DNA of 64,000 nucleotides, from assembly GCA_016190145.1 (NCBI GenBank), contig JACPRD010000135.1:28680-92679 (forward strand), written 5' to 3'. Position numbers and translations under genes: made by a program. Positions 57,350 to 64,000 of the stretch are shown here, piece by piece. The first letter of the stretch is position 1, and every line of letters begins with the position of its first letter. A model generated the notes under the pieces. That model saw only the letters and a list, made by a program, of their open reading frames with translations, searched no databases and was not told the origin of the DNA. Source of the DNA: Planctomycetota bacterium. Lineage in GTDB: Bacteria > Planctomycetota > MHYJ01 > WSZJ01.

Positions 57350-59044
57350 ATGAAACGCAGCACCGCCTTCACCCTCGCCTCGACCGTCCTGCTCGGAACC
57401 GCCGCCGCCCTCCTCGCGCCGCGATCGATCACCGCGGAACCCGGAAAACCCGGCAGGAAAACCCCGGCGCCCGAGGTCAGCGTCAGCGAACAGCTCGACC
57501 GCCTCATCGAGCAGGAATGGCAGAAACAGAATCTCCAGCCGAGCGAGATGTCCGACGACGCGGAATTCCTGCGCCGCGTGACGCTCGACATCACCGGTCA
57601 GATCCCGACGGCGGAAGCCGCCCGGGCCTTCCTCATGAGCAACGAGTCCGACAAGCGCCGCCGCAAGATCGACGAGCTCCTCGAAAGCCCCCTCTACGCC
57701 GAGCACTGGTCCTTCCTCTGGATGCAGCGCCTCCTCGGCGGCACCAAAGTCCTCCAGAACCCCGCCGCGGGCACCACCGCCCGGCAGTGGTTCCGCGAGG
57801 CGTTCGCTTCCAATATGCCTTACAAGCAGTTCGTGAACGAAATCGTCGGCGCGGAAGGCGACAGCCAGTCGAACGGCGCCGCAGCCTGGGTCGTCTCGCT
57901 TCAGGACTCCGAGGCCGCCGGCATGGCCAGCAGCGCGACGCGCAACTTCCTCGGCATCCAGATCCACTGCGCGCAGTGCCACGATTCCAAGGTCAACGAC
58001 TGGAAACAGAAGGACTTCTGGGGCGTCGCCGCCTTCTTCGCCCGCACGCGCGTCCGCCGGATCATCGATCCCGAGACGAAGATGCCCACGGGCGTCTTCG
58101 AGATCATGGACCTGCCGCGCGGCGAAGTCGCGATTCCGGACACGAATCCCCCGCAGATCATCGAGCCGAAGTACCTCGAGGGAGGCATCCTGTTCCGTCC
58201 CGGCGGCAAGCCCCAGGTCAAGGAGTTCAAGCCGAAGAACAACCCGGACCGGAAGTTCCTCGCCGGGCCGGCCGATGGCGTCGAGCGGCGCAAGGAATTC
58301 GCGAAGTGGCTGACGGCGGACGAGAACAAGTGGTTCGCGAAGGCCGCGGTGAACTGGTACTGGGGGCATTTCCTCGGCGCGGGATTCGTCGAGCCGGTGG
58401 AAGACCTCGATCCGAACAATCCGGCCGCGGTACCCGCCGCGTTCGACGCCCTGGTGAAGGACTTCAGGGACAACGGGTACGACATCAAGCGGACGATCCG
58501 CATCATCTGCAACACGCGCGCTTACCAGCTCTCGAGCAAGCCGACCGCCACGAACGCGAAGGACGAGCGCTTCTACTCGCACGGCAAGCTCACGCACCTG
58601 ACGCCTGACCAGACCTTCTATTCGCTCATGGGCGTGACCGGAATCGAGAACGCGCTGGCGCGCGGCATGGACCGCGACCGGGTCGAGCAGCTCAAGCAGC
58701 GGTTCCTCGCGGGGTTCGTGTTCCTCTTCGGCAACGACGAGGGCGAGGCGGGCGACGCGTTCAACGGCACGATCCCGCAGGCGCTCCTTCTCATGAACAA
58801 CGTCCAGATCCAGAACGGGCTCAAGGTCGCGCCGGCGACCACGCTCGGGAAGATCCTTCAGAAGTACGACAGCACGGAAGGGCGTCTCGACGAGATGTAC
58901 CTGACCGTGCTGGGCCGCTTCCCCACCGACACCGAGAAGAAGTACTTCGCGAGCGTGATAGCGAAGTACCAGAACTCGAAGCTGATTTACGAGGACATTT
59001 ACTGGGCGCTCGTGAACTCTGCGGAGTTCCAGTTCAACCATTGA
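57350..59044 (+). CDS. DUF1549/DUF1553 (PSD1) protein
   Basis: DAEFLRRVTLDITGQIP, FLGIQIHCAQCHD, FVEPVED, RAYQLSS, IPQALLLMN, WALVNSAEFQFNH. Confidence 0.9.
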   Translation: MKRSTAFTLASTVLLGTAAALLAPRSITAEPGKPGRKTPAPEVSVSEQLDRLIEQEWQKQNLQPSEMSDDAEFLRRVTLDITGQIPTAEAARAFLMSNESDKRRRKIDELLESPLYAEHWSFLWMQRLLGGTKVLQNPAAGTTARQWFREAFASNMPYKQFVNEIVGAEGDSQSNGAAAWVVSLQDSEAAGMASSATRNFLGIQIHCAQCHDSKVNDWKQKDFWGVAAFFARTRVRRIIDPETKMPTGVFEIMDLPRGEVAIPDTNPPQIIEPKYLEGGILFRPGGKPQVKEFKPKNNPDRKFLAGPADGVERRKEFAKWLTADENKWFAKAAVNWYWGHFLGAGFVEPVEDLDPNNPAAVPAAFDALVKDFRDNGYDIKRTIRIICNTRAYQLSSKPTATNAKDERFYSHGKLTHLTPDQTFYSLMGVTGIENALARGMDRDRVEQLKQRFLAGFVFLFGNDEGEAGDAFNGTIPQALLLMNNVQIQNGLKVAPATTLGKILQKYDSTEGRLDEMYLTVLGRFPTDTEKKYFASVIAKYQNSKLIYEDIYWALVNSAEFQFNH

Positions 59045-59098
59045 GCCGGGCCGGGCAAGTCCTTTCGGAGTTACGGAGGCCGTTCTCGGCTCGGCTCA

Positions 59099-59176
59099 CC
59101 CTGAGCGAGCCCGAAGGGCGAGTCGAAGGGTAACGAGGCACGAGACACGAGGCACGAGGCACGAGGCACGAGGCAC
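59099..59176. repeat. REP-like CCCTGAGC..GTCGAAGGG motif followed by ACGAGGC heptamer x6
   Basis: ccctgagcgagcccgaagggcgagtcgaaggg; acgaggc acgagac (acgaggc)4. Confidence 0.82.
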
Positions 59177-59204
59177 CCCACCCACGACAAATCGGGAGCG
59201 AACG

Positions 59205-60590
59205 ATGGAACCGCGCAACTGCGACTGCCACGACCAGAAGCCCGACATCCTGCCCGGCCCGATGGACCGGCGCGACTTCTTCAAGCTCGGGATCGGGGGC
59301 GCGCTCTCGCTCGCGCTCGCCAGCCGGATGACGTCGTCGCTCTTCGCGGACGAAAAGAACAGGTACGACAAGCCTCCGGTGCAGGTCACGCCGAAGGCGA
59401 AGTCGGTGATCCTGCTGTGGATGGACGGCGGGCCGAGCCAGATGGACACGTTCGACCCGAAGTCGGGGGCGAACGGCGGGACGCTGAAGAGGATCAAGAC
59501 GAAGATCGGAGGGTGCGATTTCACGGAGCCCCTCGGTCCGCTGGCCGACGTCTCGGACCGGCTGGCGGTGATCCGGTCGCTGAACTCGAAGGAAGGCAAC
59601 CACCAGAGGGCGCGGTACCTGCTGCACACCGGGTATCCTCCGACGGGCACGCTTAAGCACCCGTCGACGGGAGCGATCGTCTCGCTCAAGAAGCAGAACC
59701 CGGATCTCGACCTGCCGCATTTCGTCTCGATCAACAACCCGTCCTTCGGCGCCGGCTTCCTGGGCGTCTCCTACGGTCCGTTCGTGGTGCAGGACCCCTC
59801 GCGGCCGCCGGACAACGTGGCCTACGCTGCGGGCGTCGACGCGGAGAGGTTCGACCGGCGGATGAAGCTGCTCGAGAAGGCCGACGGGGCGTTCGCGGCA
59901 TCGCGCGGCGGCGTCATGACGGAGGGGAAGGACGCGATCTACGAGAAGAGCGTCAAGCTGATGCGTTCGCCGATGCTCAAGGCATTCGACATCGCGGACG
60001 AGCCGGATTCCGTGAAGAAGGCCTACGGAATCGGCGACGGCGTCGCGGCGCTGAAGGAAGGCAAGAACCCGCAGCGCGCCGCGCAGCAGAGCGACCGGTT
60101 CGGCGCGGGCGCGATCATGGCGCGGCGCCTCGTCGAAGTCGGCGTCCCGTTCGTCGAAGTCACGCTGGGCGGTTGGGACACGCACCAGGACAATTTCACG
60201 CGCGTCCCCGAGCTCTGCGGCTCGCTCGCGCCCGCCATGGCGGCGCTGATCGCCGACCTCGAGGAGCGCAACCTGCTCGAGTCCACTCTCGTCCTCTGCA
60301 TGGGCGAGTTCGGCCGTTCCCCGCGCATCAACCCCAACGACGGCCGCGACCACTTCCCCAACTGCTTCTCCGCCGTCATGGCGGGCGGCGGCGTGCGGGG
60401 CGGGCAGGTCATCGGCAAGACGGCGGACGACGGCATGTCCGTGGTTGACCGCCCCTGCGGCGTGCCCGACCTCATCGCCACCATCTGCACCGCGATGGGC
60501 ATCGACCACACGGAGTGGTTCCAGACGCCGGTCGGCAGGCCCATCCAGATCGCGAATAAGGGGACGGTGATTGAGGGGTTGCTCGGGTAA
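59205..60590 (+). CDS. DUF1501 protein with Tat signal (planctomycete type)
   Basis: DRRDFFK, WMDGGPSQMDTFDPK, GGWDTH, GEFGRSPRIN, GRDH. Confidence 0.9.
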   Translation: MEPRNCDCHDQKPDILPGPMDRRDFFKLGIGGALSLALASRMTSSLFADEKNRYDKPPVQVTPKAKSVILLWMDGGPSQMDTFDPKSGANGGTLKRIKTKIGGCDFTEPLGPLADVSDRLAVIRSLNSKEGNHQRARYLLHTGYPPTGTLKHPSTGAIVSLKKQNPDLDLPHFVSINNPSFGAGFLGVSYGPFVVQDPSRPPDNVAYAAGVDAERFDRRMKLLEKADGAFAASRGGVMTEGKDAIYEKSVKLMRSPMLKAFDIADEPDSVKKAYGIGDGVAALKEGKNPQRAAQQSDRFGAGAIMARRLVEVGVPFVEVTLGGWDTHQDNFTRVPELCGSLAPAMAALIADLEERNLLESTLVLCMGEFGRSPRINPNDGRDHFPNCFSAVMAGGGVRGGQVIGKTADDGMSVVDRPCGVPDLIATICTAMGIDHTEWFQTPVGRPIQIANKGTVIEGLLG

Positions 60591-60752
60591 CGGCACGTTC
60601 GGCGTTCGGCGTTCGGCGTTCGGCGTTGGCAAGTTAGCAGGAATCCAGTCAGGCCTGGTCGCCACGGCCCAGCACCACTTCAACCCCGCAAGTCCGCCGA
60701 AACGACGGCCTGCGAAGGCGTGAACTCCGAACTCCGAACTCCGAACGCGCCG
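60591..60752. repeat. Palindrome with inverted GTTCGGC / GAACTCC heptamer arms
   Basis: cggcac(gttcggc)4 ... (gaactcc)3 gaacgcgccg around a unique core of about 94 bp. Confidence 0.88.
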
Positions 60753-60769
60753 GTGCCTATAATGCCCGC

Positions 60770-62731
60770 ATGCCTCGAACGCAACTCGCCATCTTCGCAG
60801 CCGTGATCCTCGCGGCCGCGGGACTCGCCTTCCTCGCTTCCCGCTCCCTCGAATCGCAGCGCATTCTGCTCGAGCAGGCGGCGGCGGAGACGGAGCGGAG
60901 AAGCGCGCTCGCGGCGGCGGAGGCCTGGGAGCGGAAACTGGACGAGGTCGCGGCCCCCTTCCTCGCTCCCATCCCCGACGCTCCCGGCGTGGCGGGCGTG
61001 ACGGCGGCGCTGGTCGCGCTGGAAGGGAATCCGGCGGTGGCGGCGGCGTTCGCGTTCGACCGGTCCGGGCGGCTTGCGTGGCCTCCGGCGGGGATGACGG
61101 GACCGGTTTTCGTCGAGGCCCCGCCTGCGGACGCGGAGGGGCGCGGGCGGCTCCGGGCGGCGTACCGGCAGGAGTTCGTCGGGAAGGATCCCGGGGGCGC
61201 GCTGGCGGTCTACGCGGCCGTCGGCGACGGCGCGTACGGCCGGACGCTCCGCGTCGAGGCCAAAATGCAGGAGGCCGCCCTGGCCGCGAAAGGCCTCGAC
61301 CGCCCGCGCGCCATCGCGGCGTACGCCGCGGTCCTCGACATGTGGCGCTTCGCCGAGCCTGAAACCCGCATCGTCGCGTGGGCGGAACGCGCGCGGCTGC
61401 TGCGGGAGTCGGGGTGGCCGGAGGCGGAGGACGCGCTGCTGCGGTTTGCGGAGACGGCCTGGGGCGGGGATCCGTCGTTCTTCGGGGATGCCGCCGGCGC
61501 GGCGCGCGAGCGGGCGCTGGCGGGGCTGGCGGGGGTGGCGCGGCCGGAGGCGGGGACGCGGCGGCGGGAGGCGGAGCTGGGGCGGGCGAAGCGGATTCGG
61601 GGGCAGGACGCGGCGCGGGAGATGGCGGCGGGGGTCGTGCCGGCGCTCGCGCACGGTCCCGAGCCGCCGCGATTTGCGGCTCTCGGCGGAGGGCTGCTGG
61701 CCGCGTGGCGCACGGGGCGGAACGGGCTGACATTCGGCGCCGTGCTGCGCGTCCCCGCGCTCGCCCTCGCGGGGCCCGGGGCGCTCGTCGCGGGCCGGGA
61801 CACCTGGGCCGGCGCCCTCTCCCCCGGCGGCGCGTCGGCCGCACTGCGCGGGGCTTCGGGGCTCGCCGCCGCCCTCCCCCCCACCGGCGAGGCCGCCGCG
61901 GGGATCCGCCGGCAGCGCCTCCTCTACCTCGCCGGACTCCTCGTCCTGCTCGCGGCGCTTGCCAGCGGGCTGTTCCTTTCGTTCCGCGCGGTGCGGCGCG
62001 AGGGGGAGCTGGCGAAGCTGAAGAGCGACTTCGTGGCGAACGTATCGCACGAGCTGAAGACGCCGCTCGCGCTGGTGCGGATGTATGCGGAGACGCTGGC
62101 GCTGGGGCGGGTGACGGAGGAGGGGCAGAAAAAGGAATATACGGAAGTGATCCTGCGCGAATCCGAGAGGCTGTCGGCGATGATCGAGCGGATCCTCGAC
62201 TTCGCGCGGATCGAGAAGGGCGAGCGAGCATACGATCGGCGGCCGGGGGATCTGGCGGCGGCCGCGAGGTCCGCGGCGGAGGCGTTCGCGAAGCAGTCGG
62301 GCGTGCCGGTGGCGATCGACGCGCCGCGACCGGTGCTGACGGCGTTCGACGCGGACGGCGTCGCGCTGGCCGTCCGCAACCTTCTGGAAAACGCGGCCAA
62401 GTACAGCAACGGCACTCCGGGCATCGAACTCGCGGCGCGGATCGCCGGCGGGCACGCGGTGCTTGCGGTCGCCGACCGCGGGATCGGCATCCGGCCGGAC
62501 GAGCGCGCGCGGATTTTCGAGCGGTTCTACCGGTCCGCCGACTCGCGGGCGCGCAAGGTCAAGGGGACGGGGCTCGGGCTGGCGCTGGTGGCGCACGTGA
62601 TGGAAGGGCACGGCGGGCGGGCGCGGTGCGAAGCGCGCGATGGCGGCGGGACCGTGTTCGTGCTGGAATTTCCGGTCACGCGCGGGCGAGGAGACAGGAG
62701 ACTGGAGACAGGAGACAGGAGTCAGGGGTGA
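60770..62731 (+). CDS. Membrane sensor histidine kinase
   Basis: FVANVSHELKTPL, NLLENAAKY, DRGIGI, FERFYR, GTGLGL; 2 TM. Confidence 0.92.
   Translation: MPRTQLAIFAAVILAAAGLAFLASRSLESQRILLEQAAAETERRSALAAAEAWERKLDEVAAPFLAPIPDAPGVAGVTAALVALEGNPAVAAAFAFDRSGRLAWPPAGMTGPVFVEAPPADAEGRGRLRAAYRQEFVGKDPGGALAVYAAVGDGAYGRTLRVEAKMQEAALAAKGLDRPRAIAAYAAVLDMWRFAEPETRIVAWAERARLLRESGWPEAEDALLRFAETAWGGDPSFFGDAAGAARERALAGLAGVARPEAGTRRREAELGRAKRIRGQDAAREMAAGVVPALAHGPEPPRFAALGGGLLAAWRTGRNGLTFGAVLRVPALALAGPGALVAGRDTWAGALSPGGASAALRGASGLAAALPPTGEAAAGIRRQRLLYLAGLLVLLAALASGLFLSFRAVRREGELAKLKSDFVANVSHELKTPLALVRMYAETLALGRVTEEGQKKEYTEVILRESERLSAMIERILDFARIEKGERAYDRRPGDLAAAARSAAEAFAKQSGVPVAIDAPRPVLTAFDADGVALAVRNLLENAAKYSNGTPGIELAARIAGGHAVLAVADRGIGIRPDERARIFERFYRSADSRARKVKGTGLGLALVAHVMEGHGGRARCEARDGGGTVFVLEFPVTRGRGDRRLETGDRSQG
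62690..62731 (+). repeat. GGAGACA heptamer x6 forming the kinase 3' end
   Basis: ggagaca ggagact ggagaca ggagaca ggagtca ggggTGA. Confidence 0.85.
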
Positions 62732-62799
62732 GGAAGGGGCTCTTTTGAAGGGGGTGCGGGCGCGCCACTGGCGCGCCCGCCGGTGAGAAACGAAAAACC

Positions 62800-63486
62800 A
62801 TGCCAAGCACGATCCTGGTCGTCGAAGACGAGGCCGACCTGCTCCGCGGGTTGAGGGACAACCTCGCGTACGAGGGATACCGGGTCCTGACGGCGGGGGA
62901 CGGGGAAAAGGGGCTTGCGCTCGCGATCAAGGAGCGGCCGGACCTGGTCATCCTCGACTGGATGATGCCGGGGATGGACGGGCTCACCGTCTGCCGCGAG
63001 TTGCGGGCGAGAGGCCACATGGTCCCCGTCGTGTTCCTGACCGCGCGGGGACAGGAAGTCGACCGCGTTCTCGGGCTCGAAATGGGCGCCGACGACTACA
63101 TCACGAAACCCTTCTCAATCCGGGAACTGGCCGCGCGCCTCAAGGCGATCCTGCGGCGCGCCGCAGGCATGGCCGCGCGCCCTGAGAAGTTCACCATCGG
63201 CGACCTCGAGGTCGACGCTTCCTCGTTCAAGGCCCGCCGCGGAAAAAAATCGATCGATCTGGGCCGGTACGAGGCGGAGCTCCTCCGCGTGCTGGCGCAG
63301 CGCAAGGGCCAGGTCGTCTCGCGCAGCGACATCCTGAACGAGGTGTGGGGAGTCGACGCCTATCCGACCGACCGCACGGTGGACAACTACATCGTGAAGC
63401 TCCGCCAGAAGATCGAGCGCGACCCCAAAAAGCCGCGCATGCTCCTGACCGTGCACGGGGCGGGGTACAAACTCGTGGATCCGTGA
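62800..63486 (+). CDS. OmpR-family response regulator
   Basis: VVEDE, LDWMMPGMDG, GADDYITKPF, RTVDNYIVKLRQK, TVHGAGY. Confidence 0.93.
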   Translation: MPSTILVVEDEADLLRGLRDNLAYEGYRVLTAGDGEKGLALAIKERPDLVILDWMMPGMDGLTVCRELRARGHMVPVVFLTARGQEVDRVLGLEMGADDYITKPFSIRELAARLKAILRRAAGMAARPEKFTIGDLEVDASSFKARRGKKSIDLGRYEAELLRVLAQRKGQVVSRSDILNEVWGVDAYPTDRTVDNYIVKLRQKIERDPKKPRMLLTVHGAGYKLVDP

Positions 63487-63512
63487 AAAAGTGCGCCGCC
63501 GGATGCCCGACA

Positions 63513-63544
63513 AATTCACAATTCAAAATTCACAATCCAAAATT
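63513..63544. repeat. AATTCA(C/A) heptamer x4
   Basis: aattcac aattcaa aattcac aatccaa aatt. Confidence 0.82.
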
Positions 63545-63687
63545 GCCTTTGCACCCCCCCGGAACAGATTCCCTTCATGATGACAACTCTCTACATTTCT
63601 AAGCCCCTCCGTGACACTCCCTCCGGCCCTTCGTCGTAGAGTTCCCGCGTCGGGGGGAAGTGAACCTCACCCACACGGAGACGCGAC

Positions 63688-64000
63688 ATGAAAACGACGC
63701 TGAGCCTGATCCTGGCGGCCCTCGCCGCCGCCATTCCCGCATGGGCCGAAGAAAGCGCCGGCGAGGCCTACGCCCGCGCGGTGACGAAGGAGAACGCGGA
63801 GCGCGATCCGGAGGGCGCGATGGCCATCTACCGGAACATTCTCAAGCAGTGGCGGGCCGAGGAGGAGGTCGCGGCGAAGGCCCAGTTCCGGATCGGCGAA
63901 TGCCTCGAGAAAACGGGCGATCTCCAGGGCGCGCGGACGGCGTACGACGCGGTGCTGCGCGACTTCCCCAACCAGGTCGCCGTGGTCGAGAAGGCCCGCG
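63688..64000 (+). CDS. Secreted TPR protein, truncated by window end
   Basis: GGAG RBS; MKTTLSLILAALAAAIPAWAE..AKAQFRIGECLEKTGD..AYDAVLRDFP. Confidence 0.75.
   Translation, partial: MKTTLSLILAALAAAIPAWAEESAGEAYARAVTKENAERDPEGAMAIYRNILKQWRAEEEVAAKAQFRIGECLEKTGDLQGARTAYDAVLRDFPNQVAVVEKAR

Noticed and set aside
40288-62231. Very long Arg/Pro/Ala-rich ORFs (40288-43866, 59034-62231)
   Set aside because: Antisense to well-supported genes
28727-63544. Heptamer arrays as CRISPR
   Set aside because: 7-bp units without spacers and no cas genes
63611-63640. ECF-type promoter (gtgaca..cgtc) before the last gene
   Set aside because: Too short and degenerate to support
1-64000. Genome-wide TGA reassignment
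   Set aside because: TGA ends many genes normally (e.g. 8435, 19920, 45712, 46500)
1-64000. tRNA-Sec, sel genes, other tRNA or rRNA
   Set aside because: None recognised by eye; tRNAscan and Rfam were not run

Overview
GC-rich bacterial window. DUF1549/DUF1553, two DUF1501, DUF1800, DUF1570, several secreted HEAT proteins and a kinase-FGE fusion suggest Planctomycetota/PVC (inference). Bases 1-9064 hold the 3' end of bamB and all of bamCDEFGHI, a class II (tungsten) benzoyl-CoA reductase operon; bamE and bamF each have an in-frame TGA at a conserved Cys position with a downstream hairpin, so they are predicted selenoproteins. A third hidden selenoprotein, a lipoprotein thioredoxin with a W-U-G-G-C site (46497-46910), is translationally coupled to a SigH/SigR-like ECF sigma and a Cys-rich anti-sigma, downstream of a Cys-repeat Cu/Zn SOD; this is the best candidate for an undescribed system. 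The rest is accessory: two TA loci (one toxin broken), AlkD, a PP2C/kinase pair, a cupredoxin-adenylate cyclase operon, tandem paralogues, HPF and a two-component system. Intergenic DNA has many 7-bp tandem arrays of different units, several long palindromes, and -10 boxes placed for leaderless transcription. No rRNA, tRNA, CRISPR array or transposase was recognised. All calls are by eye from motif recall; no searches were run.
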